From an uncultured Actinomycetes bacterium (GTDB taxonomy: Bacteria > Actinomycetota > Thermoleophilia > Gaiellales > Gaiellaceae): a stretch of DNA of 64,000 nt. Where the stretch lies: the NCBI GenBank assembly GCA_963742635.1, contig CAVUMW010000019.1, forward strand, positions 270,479-334,478, read 5' to 3'. The position numbers and the translations under genes were made by a program. The notes below the pieces were generated by a model. The model did not search any database and had not been told where the DNA came from. It was given only the letters and a program-made list of their open reading frames with translations. Below, one piece after another: positions 20,835 through 31,332 of this stretch (position 1 is its first letter; every line of letters starts with the position of its first letter).

Positions 20835-22462
20835 GCGCCCCTCGTCTCGAGCCGCTTGCGCAGGTCCCGCAGCGGCCGCGCGCTCGTCACGTACGGAACC
20901 TTCTCGAAGTTGTGCGGCGGAGGCGGCGAGGTCGTGTACCACTCGAGCGTGTCGCCGAGCCATGGATCGTTCCCGGCCCGCACGCCCGCGCGACGCCTCG
21001 TCCAGACGACGTTCACGACGAAGACGAGGATCGCGGCGGTCATCACGTAGGAGCCGATCGTCGAGATCATGTTGTCCGTCTCCCACGACCCGCGGTTGTA
21101 CGTGTAGATCCGGCGCGGCATGCCCGCCAGCCCGAGCAGGTGCTGCGGGAAGAACGTCAGGTTGAAGCCGATGAAGAGCAGCCAGAAGTGCCACTTCCCG
21201 AGCGTCTCGTCGAGCTTGCGGCCGAACATCTTCGGCCACCAGTAGTAGAGCCCGGCGAAGATCCCGAACATCGAGCCGCCGAAGAGCACGTAGTGCAGGT
21301 GCGCGACGACGAAGTACGAGTCCTGCGCCTGCCAGTCGACCGGGAACGTGGCCAGGAAGATCCCGGACAGCCCTCCGATCGTGAACAGCGCGATGAACCC
21401 GAGCGCGAACAGCATCGGCGTCTCGAAGATGAGGTTTCCGCGCCAGGTAGTCGCGAGCCAGTTGAGGATCTTGATCCCCGTCGGCACCGCGATGATCATC
21501 GACGAGATCATGAAGAAGCCGAGGAGCGGGGTCGCGAGGCCGACCGTGAACATGTGGTGGGCCCAGACGAGCAGCGAGTAGAACCCGATCGCGACCGTCG
21601 AGAAGACGATCGCCGTGTAGCCGAAGATCGGCTTGCGCGAGAAGACGGGGATGATCTCCGAGATGATCCCCATCACGGGCAGGATCATCACGTAGACCTC
21701 GGGGTGCCCGAAGAACCAGAACACGTGCTGGAAGAGCAGCGCGTTGCCGCCCTCGTTCGGCTGGAAGAAGTGCGTCCCCGCCTGCCGGTCGAGCAGGAGC
21801 AGCGTCAGCCCGGCCGAGAGCGCGGGCAGGACGATGACGAGGATCCACGCGTAGACGTCGATCGACCAGACGAAGAGCGGAACGCGCATCCACGTCATCC
21901 CGGGCGCGCGCAGCCGGTGGATCGTGACGATGAAGTTGATCGCGCCGATCAGCGAGGAGACCGAGAGGATGTGGAGCGAGAGGATGGCCAGGTCGACCCC
22001 GTTGCCGGCGTACTGCTCGGAGAGCGGCGGATAGAGGGTCCAGCCCGTCTGAGCGGCGCCCCCGGTGGCGAAGAAGCTCGCGTAGAGCACGATCCCGCCG
22101 AACAGGAAGAGCCAGTACGAGAGGGCGTTCAGGCGCGGGAAGGCGACGTCCTTGGCGCCGATCATCAGCGGCACGAGGAAGTTGCCGAAGCCGGCCAGGA
22201 TCGGGACGATGACGAGGAAGACCATCGTCAGCCCGTGGACGGTCATCACTTCGTTGTAGTGCTCGGCCGAGAGGAACTTCTCGTTCGTGTGCGCGAGCTG
22301 CGTGCGCATCAGCACCGCGAGGATCCCGCCCGCGCCGAAGAAGACCAGGCACGTGATCAGGTAGAGGATCCCGATCCGCTTGTGGTCGACGGTGGTGATC
22401 CACGACGCGAAGCGGCCGCGGTACCACGGGACCGGGTAGACGGGCTCGGCCCTAACCGCCAC
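20831..22462 (-). CDS. ctaD: Cytochrome c oxidase subunit I
   Basis: 543 aa, 12 TM. WFFGHPEVYVMILP and HHMFTVG. Confidence 0.93.
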   Translation of the reverse strand: MAVRAEPVYPVPWYRGRFASWITTVDHKRIGILYLITCLVFFGAGGILAVLMRTQLAHTNEKFLSAEHYNEVMTVHGLTMVFLVIVPILAGFGNFLVPLMIGAKDVAFPRLNALSYWLFLFGGIVLYASFFATGGAAQTGWTLYPPLSEQYAGNGVDLAILSLHILSVSSLIGAINFIVTIHRLRAPGMTWMRVPLFVWSIDVYAWILVIVLPALSAGLTLLLLDRQAGTHFFQPNEGGNALLFQHVFWFFGHPEVYVMILPVMGIISEIIPVFSRKPIFGYTAIVFSTVAIGFYSLLVWAHHMFTVGLATPLLGFFMISSMIIAVPTGIKILNWLATTWRGNLIFETPMLFALGFIALFTIGGLSGIFLATFPVDWQAQDSYFVVAHLHYVLFGGSMFGIFAGLYYWWPKMFGRKLDETLGKWHFWLLFIGFNLTFFPQHLLGLAGMPRRIYTYNRGSWETDNMISTIGSYVMTAAILVFVVNVVWTRRRAGVRAGNDPWLGDTLEWYTTSPPPPHNFEKVPYVTSARPLRDLRKRLETRGA

Positions 22463-23435
22463 CGACGAACTCCTTCCGCAGGTAGGCGACGAGCGATGCG
22501 ATCTCCTGCGGGGTCCAGCCCTTGCCGACGGGCGGCATCTTGCGCTTCCCGTTCTCGAGCAGCGTGCGGAGCTGCTGCGGGTTGGCGAGCGTCGCGTTCC
22601 CCTTCAGTGCGGGACCGATCACGCCCTGGCCCTGCAAGCCGTGACAGGGAGCGCATGCGCCCTCGAAGGTCATCCGCCCGATGTTCTGGCTCACGTGGAG
22701 CTGCGTCGCAACCCACCTCTCGTATTCGCTGTTCGAGACGGCGCGCACCTGCGTGAGCATCATCGCGTGCTCGATCCCGCAGAACTCGGCGCACTGCCCC
22801 TGGTAGATCCCCTCGTGCTGCGCCTCGAACCAGGTGTGGTTCGTCTTGCCGGGGATCGCGTCCATCTTGCCGGCGAGCTGGGGAACCCACCAGCTGTGGA
22901 TCACGTCGAAGTCCGGTGCCGTGACCACGAGGTAGATCGGGCGTTGGGCCGGGACGACGAGCTGGTTGATCGAGACCGCGCCGTTCGGATACTCGTAGCG
23001 CCAGTAGAACTGTCGCCCTTCGACGTGGACGGTCATCCTCGGGCCGGCCGCGCCCGCCGCGGGCACGTCCTGGATTCCGCCCAGCTTGTAGAAGACGACG
23101 CTGATGATCGCCACGAGGATCAGCACCGGGATCACCGTCCAGATCAGCTCGAGGCGCGTGTGACCTCGGATCTGCGGGCCTTCCGCTGTCCGCGCCCGGC
23201 CGCGGTTGCGGAAGCGGACGACGAACAGGATCAGCGCGCCTTCGACGAGGACGAAGATCACCCCGGTCACGGCCAGGACGACCAGGTAGAGGTCTCGAAT
23301 GCCACCGGCGTTGGGGGAGTCGGCTGGCGGGAAGGCTCTGCCGGCATCGGCGAGCGCCGTCCCGGTGAGGACGAGCGCCAGTGCCACGATGCTCAGACAG
23401 GCGAGGATGAGCTTCCGGCGCACGGGCGCTGGCAT
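22452..23435 (-). CDS. ctaC: Cytochrome c oxidase subunit II fused to a cytochrome c domain (caa3 type)
   Basis: Starts MPAPVRRKL. Two TM helices, CuA site HSWWVPQLAGK...CAEFCGIEHAMM, and a C-terminal CAPCHG heme-c motif. Confidence 0.88.
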   Translation of the reverse strand: MPAPVRRKLILACLSIVALALVLTGTALADAGRAFPPADSPNAGGIRDLYLVVLAVTGVIFVLVEGALILFVVRFRNRGRARTAEGPQIRGHTRLELIWTVIPVLILVAIISVVFYKLGGIQDVPAAGAAGPRMTVHVEGRQFYWRYEYPNGAVSINQLVVPAQRPIYLVVTAPDFDVIHSWWVPQLAGKMDAIPGKTNHTWFEAQHEGIYQGQCAEFCGIEHAMMLTQVRAVSNSEYERWVATQLHVSQNIGRMTFEGACAPCHGLQGQGVIGPALKGNATLANPQQLRTLLENGKRKMPPVGKGWTPQEIASLVAYLRKEFVGGG

Positions 23436-23480
23436 TCTAAGAAGGTGGGCTCCGGGAAGCGACATTGAGTCTGATGTCTC

Positions 23481-23780
23481 ATGTCTGAGCGCTCCGTCGT
23501 GGAGCTCCCGCCGGAGGTCGGCGAGCCGTTCGAGGTGTTCCTGAACGGCGTCCCTCAGCGGGCCGGCCGCGACTTTCGCGTCGAGGGCCGGCAGCTCGTG
23601 TTCGAGCGGAGCCTCGCCCGGGAGGGGCGGCTGGGATTCTGGCGCTGGCTGTCGCTCTTTCTCGGCATCGCGGGCACGTACCGGCAGAACGACAGCGTCG
23701 ACGTCGTCCACGACATTGCCGGAACGCGCACCGTCACGAGCCTGGCGATCGAGCCGCGGTCGACGGGCCCGTCCGGCTGA
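23481..23780 (+). CDS. Hypothetical protein (one predicted TM segment)
   Basis: 99-aa ORF with protein-like composition and a WRWLSLFLGIAG segment. I recognise no family. Confidence 0.35.
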   Translation: MSERSVVELPPEVGEPFEVFLNGVPQRAGRDFRVEGRQLVFERSLAREGRLGFWRWLSLFLGIAGTYRQNDSVDVVHDIAGTRTVTSLAIEPRSTGPSG

Positions 23781-23965
23781 CCGAGAGGAAGAGCCGGGCG
23801 ACTCGACCGAAACAGGCGGCGGCAAGGCCGCAACTTGCTCGAGCCCGCACGCAGGCCGGGCCGCCCGGCTCGCCCAGATTGATGCCGCGGCTGCGTCTTT
23901 CTTGCGCTCAGCCTCGGCGTCGTGCGCGAGACTCCCGGCGTGGCGACGCAGAAGGAGGCACTCGA

Positions 23966-25352
23966 GTGAACCACTACGACCTGATCGTGCTCGGCTCCGG
24001 CTCCGCGGCCCGCGACGCGGCGGCGAAGGCCGTCCAGCAGTGCGGCGCGAGCGTCGCGGTCGTCGAGAGCACCCGTTGGGGCGGCAGCTGTCCAAACGTG
24101 GCCTGCAAGCCGACGAAGGCCTATCTCGTCGTGGCCGAGCTCTTCCACGACGTGAATCACCTCGCCGGGAAGCTCGGCATCGACGTTGGGCCCGCGCGGC
24201 TCGACCTCGCGCGGGTCAAGGCGCGCAAGGACACGCTGAAGAAGGGCGACGCGAAGTGGATGGCGGGCCTCCAGGAAGCCGGGTTCGACACGTACGACGG
24301 CGAGGCCGAGTTGCTCGGGCCGGGCTCGGTCGGGATCGGCGGCGAGGAGCTGCGCGCCGAGCGGATCCTGATCGCAACTGGTTCGCGGACCGCGGTGCCG
24401 CCGATCGAGGGCATCGACGAGATCGACTGGATCGACCACGTCTCGGCGCTCGAGCTGACCGAGCTCCCGGAGTCGCTGCTCGTCGTCGGCGGTGGGCCGG
24501 TCGGGCTCGAGTTCGCTCAGATCTTCGCGCGCTTCGGCTCCCGGGTGACGATCGTCCAGGGCGCGGATCGAATCTCGCCGCGTTCCGACGAGGAGGCCTC
24601 CACGGTGCTGCACGCGGCGCTCGAGGAGGACGACGGAGTCGAGATCGTGCTGTCGTCGACCGTGTCGAGCGTCCGGCCCGAAGGCGACGGGATCGTGGCC
24701 GCCGTCGGTTCGAGGGAGATCCGTGTCGCGAAGCTCCTGCTCGCCTCGGGCCGCGCACCGAACGTCGAGGCGCTGCACCTCGACGAGCTCGGGATCGAGC
24801 ACGACCGCGCGGGCATCCTCGTCGACGAGCTGATGCGCACTTCCGTGGACGGGATCTGGGCCGCCGGGGACGTGACCGGCCGCTACCAGTTCACGCCGAT
24901 CGCCCAGTACCAGGCGCGGATCGCGATCGACGACATGTTCGGACGAGACCCGGCCCCGGCGGACTATTCGGTGCTGCCGACCGCGATCTTCACCGAGCCG
25001 GAGCTGGCCGCGGTCGGCCTCACGGAGCAGGAGGCGCGCGACGCGGGGAATCGAGCACGAGGCCGTCGTGCACGACATCAAGTACGTCCAGCGCTCGTCG
25101 TACAAGGAGCAGACGCGCGGCCTGTACAAGATCGTCTACGAGACGGGAACGAGACGCGTCGTCGGGCTCCACGTCGTCGCGCCGAACGGGGGCGACATCG
25201 TCCACGGCCTCTCGCTCGCGCTCCGGCTCGGGGGAACGGTCGACGACCTGGCCGCGATGCACCACGTGTTCCCGACCTTCGCCGAGGGCGTGAAGGCCGC
25301 CGCCGAGCAGGCGATGCCGCAGCCCGTCGAGATGGCCACGATCTGTAACTAA
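23966..25352 (+). pseudogene. FAD-dependent pyridine nucleotide-disulfide oxidoreductase (dihydrolipoamide dehydrogenase/mercuric reductase-like), one frameshift at ~25,049
   Basis: GAAGGAGG RBS then GTG. DLIVLGSGSAA, redox-active CPNVAC, VVGGGPVGLEF and AAGDVTG lie in frame 1. The dimerisation domain (IEHEAVVHDIKYVQRS...HHVFPTFAEG) lies in the next frame, after GGGGAATCG. Confidence 0.8.
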
Positions 25353-25492
25353 AAAGGCCCTACATGTGCCAAGTCCCGCCGACCCGAAGGCCTGCAGGAC
25401 TTGACGAGCACACCTTCTCATACGTTCCCCGATTCGTCAAGGGGCAACTTGCGGCCGGGAACTTTTCGTCCTGAGCTACGTTTGAACTAGCG

Positions 25493-25885
25493 ATGACCAA
25501 GATCAAGAAAACAGAGCAGGAATGGCGTTCCGAGCTCACACCGGAGCAGTACCGTGTGCTCCGCGAGAAGGGCACGGAGCGCCCGTTCACAGGTGAGTAC
25601 GACCACGTCTTCGAGCCGGGCACCTACCACTGTGCCGGCTGCGGAGCCGAGCTCTTCGCGTCGGACGCGAAGTACGACTCGGGCTGCGGCTGGCCGGCGT
25701 TCTACGCGCCGGCGACCGGAGACGCGGTCGAGGAGGAGACGGACACGAGCCACTGGATGACCCGCACCGAGGTGCTGTGCGCCAACTGCGGGGGCCATCT
25801 CGGGCACGTGTTCCCGGACGGGCCGCACCCCACGGGGCAGCGGTACTGCATCAACTCTGCGGCACTGAAACTGGAGGAGGAGTAG
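25493..25885 (+). CDS. msrB: Peptide-methionine (R)-S-oxide reductase
   Basis: 130 aa. Two CxxC pairs ([17 protein letters not shown]) and RYCINS. Confidence 0.9.
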   Translation: MTKIKKTEQEWRSELTPEQYRVLREKGTERPFTGEYDHVFEPGTYHCAGCGAELFASDAKYDSGCGWPAFYAPATGDAVEEETDTSHWMTRTEVLCANCGGHLGHVFPDGPHPTGQRYCINSAALKLEEE

Positions 25886-26373
25886 TGGAGAGGAAGGCAA
25901 CGTTCGGAGCGGGCTGCTTCTGGGGCGTCGAGGCGGCGTTCAGGCAGCTCGACGGAGTCACGAAGACCCGCGTCGGCTACACGGGCGGGCACACCGAGAA
26001 CCCGACCTACGAGGACGTGTGCTCGCACACGACTGGCCACGCCGAGGTGGTCGAGGTCACCTACGACGACGAAAGGCTGTCGTACGACGACCTGCTCCAG
26101 GTCTTCTGGGGCAAGCACAACCCGACCCAGCTCAACCGCCAGGGTTGGGACATCGGCGACCAGTACCGCTCGGTGATCTTCTTCCACGACGAGGAGCAGC
26201 GCGAGGCCGCGACGCGGTCGAAGGCAGAGGAGCAGACGCGGCACCGCAAGACCGTCGTCACGCTGATCGAGCCCGCGCAGACCTTCTTCGAGGCCGAGGA
26301 CTACCACCAGCAGTACCTCGAGAAGCGCGGCCGCTCGACCTGCACGCCCGCGCTGCGCACGGCAGTCGGCTAG
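25885..26373 (+). CDS. msrA: Peptide-methionine (S)-S-oxide reductase
   Basis: The GTG shares one nt with the msr[13 protein letters not shown] active-site motif, and [11 protein letters not shown]. Confidence 0.9.
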   Translation: MERKATFGAGCFWGVEAAFRQLDGVTKTRVGYTGGHTENPTYEDVCSHTTGHAEVVEVTYDDERLSYDDLLQVFWGKHNPTQLNRQGWDIGDQYRSVIFFHDEEQREAATRSKAEEQTRHRKTVVTLIEPAQTFFEAEDYHQQYLEKRGRSTCTPALRTAVG

Positions 26374-26939
26374 ACCAGCTCGTCGACCCCGACGAACTCC
26401 GCTCCACGCTCCCGTAGGTCGGCGATCACGCGCCCGAGACCATCGGCCGTGACCGCCGGCCAGCCGTGGAGCAGGACGATCCCCGGCCCGACGCCCGCGA
26501 CCAGCTCGTCCACCGTGCGGCCCTCTTCCCAGTCGAAGGGATCCTCGTCCCAACCCACGTGCCGGTAGCCGAGCTCCTCGATCGCGGCCAGGACTCGCGG
26601 GTCGTCCATCCCGGAGCCGAACGGGCACCGGAACCAGGGCTTCGGGTCGACCCCGGTCGTCTCGGTGATCGTGGCCTCGGCCTTCGCGATGTCGCGGCGA
26701 AGCCACTCGTCCGAGAGCGCGTCCATCGGCGCGTGGTAGTTCGAATGGTTCCCGATCAGGTGGCCCGCGTCCGCGATCCGCCTCGACACGTCCGGATTGG
26801 CCCGCACCCAGCGGCCCTGGAGGAAGAAGGTCGCGCGGATTCCGGCCGAGGCGAGCGTCTCGAGGATCCGGTCCTCGCCTCCGGCGCGGGTCGGGCGACC
26901 GGGGTGCTCCGTGTCGAAGGTGAGCGCGACCTGCATCAC
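26370..26939 (-). CDS. Polysaccharide deacetylase (CE4/NodB-like) family protein
   Basis: 189 aa. [15 protein letters not shown] and IGNHSNYH. Last gene of the sugar operon. Confidence 0.7.
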   Translation of the reverse strand: MMQVALTFDTEHPGRPTRAGGEDRILETLASAGIRATFFLQGRWVRANPDVSRRIADAGHLIGNHSNYHAPMDALSDEWLRRDIAKAEATITETTGVDPKPWFRCPFGSGMDDPRVLAAIEELGYRHVGWDEDPFDWEEGRTVDELVAGVGPGIVLLHGWPAVTADGLGRVIADLRERGAEFVGVDELV

Positions 26940-27988
26940 TGGGCCAGTGTGACCTTGGTCAGGCCGGTCGGATGATCGGAGTCGAGACCCTTGGCCGAGG
27001 CGAGCGCGCCCGCGAAGAGCTGGCCGGGGACGACGGAGAGGAGCGGTGAGAGGAGCGGTGAGGGCGCTTCGGGCACGGGGAGACGGTACGCCGCGCCGGC
27101 GATCTCCGAGTGCGCGTTGCCGCTGGCGACGAGCGTCGCGCCGGCGTCGCGCGCTCTCCGGGCGGCTTCGACGATCGTCGGCAGCGCCTCGTCCTTGGAG
27201 GCGATCGTCCAGACGGGGAACAGCGGATCGAGCGCAGCGATCGGGCCGTGCGCGAGGTCGGTCGAGGTCAGCGGCTCGGCCGCGACGCGGCAGGTCTCGG
27301 TCAGCTTGAGCGCGATCTCCCGGGCGGTCGCGAACTCGATCCCGCGGCCGATCACGTACATGCGGCCGACGTACGCGAACGCGCCCGCGACGGAGGCGAC
27401 GGCCTCCTCGAAGCGGGGGAGCGCCTCGGCCATCGACTCGGCGGCGCGGCCGATCTGGTCGACGAGCTCGCTCGTCCGGCCGGCGATCGCACCGGCCAGC
27501 AGCACGAGTGCCGCGAGCTGGTTCACGTACGTCTTCGAGGCGGCGACCGCGCGCTCGGGCCCGGCGGCCAGTGGCAGCGTCAGATCGGCTGCGCGCGCGA
27601 GCTCGGAGTCGGTCTCGTTCGTGACCGCGATCGTCAGTGCTCCTCGTTCGCGGGCCCGCTCGACGTAGGCGACGACATCCGGCGTGCGGCCGGACTGGGA
27701 GAGCGCGACGACGATCGATCGCTCGAGGTCGAGCTTCGCCCCGTAGTACACGGAGAGGGAGATCGAGTCGCGTAGCGCGGTCCAGCCTGGCTCGAGCCCG
27801 AACGCGTACACGCCGTACGACGCGGCGTTGTCGGACGAGCCGTGGCCGACGAGCCGGACGATGTGCGGGCCGCGTTCGATCGCCGCGCGTGCTGCCTCGT
27901 CGTAAACGGGCGCCTGCTCGATCAGGCGCAGCAGCGCCTGGGGCTGCTCGCGGATCTCCGCGAGGAAGGTCTCGCCGCCGGCGGTCAT
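26936..27988 (-). CDS. SIS-domain sugar-phosphate isomerase/deaminase (GlmS C-terminal/NagB-II/FrlB-like)
   Basis: 350 aa, two SIS repeats (VGHGSSDNAASY...ALSQSGRTPD). The ATG overlaps the ATPase stop. Confidence 0.8.
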   Translation of the reverse strand: MTAGGETFLAEIREQPQALLRLIEQAPVYDEAARAAIERGPHIVRLVGHGSSDNAASYGVYAFGLEPGWTALRDSISLSVYYGAKLDLERSIVVALSQSGRTPDVVAYVERARERGALTIAVTNETDSELARAADLTLPLAAGPERAVAASKTYVNQLAALVLLAGAIAGRTSELVDQIGRAAESMAEALPRFEEAVASVAGAFAYVGRMYVIGRGIEFATAREIALKLTETCRVAAEPLTSTDLAHGPIAALDPLFPVWTIASKDEALPTIVEAARRARDAGATLVASGNAHSEIAGAAYRLPVPEAPSPLLSPLLSVVPGQLFAGALASAKGLDSDHPTGLTKVTLAQ

Positions 27989-29076
27989 TTCGCCTCCAGC
28001 CGTTCGCCGGTGGCCGAGTCGAAGAGGTGCGCCTCGTTCGGCCGCGGGTTGAGCGCGACCCGGTCTCCGCGCCGGGGCACGTCCCGCGCCTTCGTCCGCG
28101 CGACGAGCTTCAGCTCCTCGCCGTCGATCTCGGCGACGCAGAACACGAATGCGTCGGCGCCCAGCTCCTCGACGATCTCGACGCGGGCGGGCACGCCGTC
28201 CTGCCCGACCTCGAGCGATTCCGGACGCAGCCCGAGGACGAGGTCGCCGCGCCCGTTCGAGCGCGCGGCTCCGGCGAGCGCGTCGTCGATCGCGACCCTG
28301 GCCGCGCCGAGTGCGATCGCGCCGTTCGTCCCCAGCTGCACCGGGCAGAGGTTCATCGTCGGGGAGCCGATGAAGCCGGCGACGAAGGTGTTGGTCGGCC
28401 GGTCGTACAGCTCGCGCGGCGGCCCGCACTGCTGCAACTTCCCGTCGCGGAGCACGGCGACCCGGTGCCCGAGCGTCATCGCTTCCGCCTGGTCGTGCGT
28501 GACATAGACGGTCGTCACGCCGAACTCGAGCTGCAGCGCTGCGACGTCGGCGCGCATCTGGACACGCAGCTGCGCGTCGAGGTTCGAGAGCGGCTCGTCC
28601 ATCAGGAACACGCTCGGCACGCGGACGATCGCGCGGCCCATCGCGACGCGCTGGCGCTCGCCGCCGGACAGCTGGCCGGGCTTCCGCTCGAGGTACTGCT
28701 CGAGCCCGAGCATCCGCGCCACCTCACGCACGCGCTCCTCGCGCACGTCTTTCCTGACCTTGGCGATCTTGAGCGGGAACCCGATGTTCTGCGCCACGGT
28801 CATGTACGGGTAGAGCGCGTAGTTCTGGAAGACCATCGAGACGTCACGGTTCTTCGGCGGGACGTACGTGACGTCACGCTCGCCGATGTACACCGCTCCG
28901 GAGTCGACCTCCTCGAGCCCGGCGAGCATGCGGAGTGCGGTCGTCTTGCCCGAGCCCGAGGGGCCGACGAGGACCATGAACTCGCCGTCCTCGACGTGGA
29001 GGTCGAGCGCGTCGACCGCGGGCGTGTCGGTGCCCGTGTACATCTTCGTCGCCTGGAGGAAGCGGACGTCAGCCAT
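27985..29076 (-). CDS. Sugar ABC transporter ATP-binding protein (MalK/UgpC/MsiK type)
   Basis: 363 aa. GPSGSGKTT, LSGGERQRVAMGRA, FLMDEPLSNLD, and a C-terminal TOBE-like regulatory domain. Confidence 0.9.
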   Translation of the reverse strand: MADVRFLQATKMYTGTDTPAVDALDLHVEDGEFMVLVGPSGSGKTTALRMLAGLEEVDSGAVYIGERDVTYVPPKNRDVSMVFQNYALYPYMTVAQNIGFPLKIAKVRKDVREERVREVARMLGLEQYLERKPGQLSGGERQRVAMGRAIVRVPSVFLMDEPLSNLDAQLRVQMRADVAALQLEFGVTTVYVTHDQAEAMTLGHRVAVLRDGKLQQCGPPRELYDRPTNTFVAGFIGSPTMNLCPVQLGTNGAIALGAARVAIDDALAGAARSNGRGDLVLGLRPESLEVGQDGVPARVEIVEELGADAFVFCVAEIDGEELKLVARTKARDVPRRGDRVALNPRPNEAHLFDSATGERLEAK

Positions 29077-30088
29077 CGGCCGGCCTCTCGGGCTCGAGCG
29101 CCGCGACCGCGTCGTCGAGCTCGCGCCTGACGCGCTCCTGCGCCTCGGCGCCGGCTCCGAGCTCGTCCAGGCCGAGGAGGGCGGCCCCCACGATCGGCGG
29201 CGACTCGGTGTTGCGAACGGTGATCGAGTCTCCGACCTCGCGCAGCCCCGTCTCGATGGCGGCCTCGAGCGTCCCGTTCCCGGGCCTGAGCAGGCCGCCG
29301 CCGAGCAGGATCTCGACGGGGTCGTGCGTGAGGTCGAGCCGCTCGAGCGCGACGCGGGCCAATGCGACGACCTCGTCGGCGAGGCGCTGAACGATCTCGG
29401 CTGCCACCCCGTCCCGCGCCGCGTCCGCGAACACCACGGGCGGCAGCTCTCCGAGCCGCTTCTGGGGAATCCGGCCGTGGTGGATCGCCTCGGCCAGCTC
29501 GCTCGGGGTCACGAGCCCGAAGTGGGCCGGAACCGATTGCTCGAGCGTCGTCCGCTCGCCGCGCCCGTCTTCGCTGCGGGCGGCCGCGGAGACCGCCGCG
29601 AGGCCGACGTCGTAGCCGCCGCCCCAGTCGCCGGTGATCGCGCCGAGTGCCGGGAAGCGCGCATGGCGTCCGTCTGGCGCGATGCCGACGCAGTTGATCC
29701 CGGTCCCGCAGACGACGGCGACGCCCCAGCCCTGCTCCGTGCCGGCGCGCAGGATCGCGAAGGTGTCGTTGTCGACGATCGTCCTGGTCGACCAACCGCG
29801 TGCGCCGACCGCATCGTGGAAGTCCCGCACCTCCGAGGGAAGATCGAGCCCGGCGATCAGCAGCTGGCCGAGGTCGGTCACGGGCCCGTCGTCGGTCGGC
29901 ACTTCGGCGCTGCCCGCCGCGCGGTCGAGTAGCCCTGCGAGCACGTCCAACGAGCCCTCGAGCCCGAGATAGTGCGGTGAGCTCAGCGGCCCGCGTTCGA
30001 GTGCGAGCAGCGTTCCGTCGGCGGCGACGAGCGCGAGGTCGGTCTTCGTCGCGCCGCCGTCCACGGCCAACAGTGCGGCGCTGCTCAT
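29069..30088 (-). CDS. BadF/BadG/BcrA/BcrD-type ATPase, N-acetylglucosamine-kinase-like sugar kinase
   Basis: 339 aa. LAVDGGATKTDLALV and VCGTGINCVG, the ASKHA-fold kinase pattern. Confidence 0.75.
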   Translation of the reverse strand: MSSAALLAVDGGATKTDLALVAADGTLLALERGPLSSPHYLGLEGSLDVLAGLLDRAAGSAEVPTDDGPVTDLGQLLIAGLDLPSEVRDFHDAVGARGWSTRTIVDNDTFAILRAGTEQGWGVAVVCGTGINCVGIAPDGRHARFPALGAITGDWGGGYDVGLAAVSAAARSEDGRGERTTLEQSVPAHFGLVTPSELAEAIHHGRIPQKRLGELPPVVFADAARDGVAAEIVQRLADEVVALARVALERLDLTHDPVEILLGGGLLRPGNGTLEAAIETGLREVGDSITVRNTESPPIVGAALLGLDELGAGAEAQERVRRELDDAVAALEPERPADG

Positions 30089-31332
30089 ACGGGAGCCTCG
30101 CTGGCTGCCCTCTGGAGCTCGATCAGTTCGCTCGCGACGTCCCACTGTCCGATCAGCGGATGCGCGAGCAGCGCCTTGCGCGCGTCTGCGGGCTCGCCCG
30201 AAAGAGCCGCTCGCACCGCGAGTCGCTCGTACGCCGCAACGTGCTGGACGAGGCCGAGCAGCTCGGGTGCGAGCGGCTTCTGGGGGAGGGGCTCGATGAG
30301 ATCGGGAGAGACGCGCGCCGGCACCTCGACGACGTCGTCGGCGGCGAGCCCTTGCAGCGTGCCCTCGTTCCGGACGTCGACCTCGTGCACCTCGCCGTTC
30401 CCGGCTACGAGCGATGCGATCAGCCCGACGGCCGCCTCGCTGTAGTAGGCGCCGCCGCGCTGCTCGAGGAGCGCCGGCTTCTCGGCCAGCGCGGGGTCGC
30501 GGTACAGCTCGAGGAGCCCGCGCTCGATCTCCGCGACCTCCGCCGCGCGCGGCACGCCCCGACGCTGCTCGGCGAGCACCGCGTCGTGGGCGTAGAAGTA
30601 GCGCAGGTAGTAGGAGGGCACCGCGCCGAGCTCCTCGAGCGCCTCGCGCGGCAGGTGCGACGAGCCGGCGAGCTCTTCGCCGTGGTTCGCGATCAACTCT
30701 GGGAGGACGTCGGCGCCGTCGAGGAGGACGGCCCGCACCCAGGTCAGGTGGTTGAGCCCGACCTGGTCGATCACGAGGCGCGCCGGCTCGACGCCGAGCA
30801 TGCGCGCGGCCATGCGCTGGAACCCGATCGCGACGTTGCAGAGCCCGACCGCCCGGTGGCCCGCATCGAGGAGCGCCCGCGTGACGATCCCGACGGGGTT
30901 CGTGAAATCGACGATCCAGGCGCCGTCGGCGGCGAGCTCGCGCGTCCGGTCGGCGATCGAGAGCACGACGGGAACCGTGCGCAGCGCCTTCGCCAGGCCG
31001 CCTGCGCCCGTCGTCTCCTGGCCGACACAGCCGCACGCGAGCGGGATCGTCTCGTCGGAGAGCCGCGCCTGCTGGCCGCCGACCCGGATCTGGACGAGAA
31101 CGAAGTCGGCGCCGTCGAGCGCCCGGTCGAGGTCGCCCGTGAGGGTCAGGTCGCCCGAGAACCCGCCCCGCGCGAGCATCCGCCCGGCGAGGCCGCCGAC
31201 GATCTCGAGCCGCTCGGGGTCGATGTCCTGCAGCACGAGCTCCGTCACGTCGAGCCGGTCGCGCTCACCGGCGAGCCCGGAAACGAGCTCCGGCGTGTAG
31301 GTCGAGCCGCCGCCGACGACCGCGATCTTCAT
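30085..31332 (-). CDS. Glycoside hydrolase family 4 enzyme (6-phospho-beta-glucosidase-like)
   Basis: 415 aa. MKIAVVGGGSTYTPELV NAD-binding N-terminus, GLCNVAIG and NHLTW. Confidence 0.85.
   Translation of the reverse strand: MKIAVVGGGSTYTPELVSGLAGERDRLDVTELVLQDIDPERLEIVGGLAGRMLARGGFSGDLTLTGDLDRALDGADFVLVQIRVGGQQARLSDETIPLACGCVGQETTGAGGLAKALRTVPVVLSIADRTRELAADGAWIVDFTNPVGIVTRALLDAGHRAVGLCNVAIGFQRMAARMLGVEPARLVIDQVGLNHLTWVRAVLLDGADVLPELIANHGEELAGSSHLPREALEELGAVPSYYLRYFYAHDAVLAEQRRGVPRAAEVAEIERGLLELYRDPALAEKPALLEQRGGAYYSEAAVGLIASLVAGNGEVHEVDVRNEGTLQGLAADDVVEVPARVSPDLIEPLPQKPLAPELLGLVQHVAAYERLAVRAALSGEPADARKALLAHPLIGQWDVASELIELQRAASEAPV

Noticed and set aside
19626-22427. A 933-aa ORF that would fuse ctaB to a large N-terminal region.
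   Set aside because: Upstream of the MRPSIWF start, the frame is an out-of-frame read of ctaD. The ctaD stop overlaps that ATG (ATGA), which supports the shorter gene.
753-22756. Numerous long ORFs antisense to or out of frame with the called genes. Examples: 753-1562(-), 2552-3979(-), 6921-8411(+), 8333-10462(+), 14940-16358(-), 19689-21050(+), 20639-22756(+).
   Set aside because: Their Arg/Ala/Pro/Gly-rich, low-complexity translations are typical of GC-rich shadow frames. Each overlaps a gene with clear family motifs.
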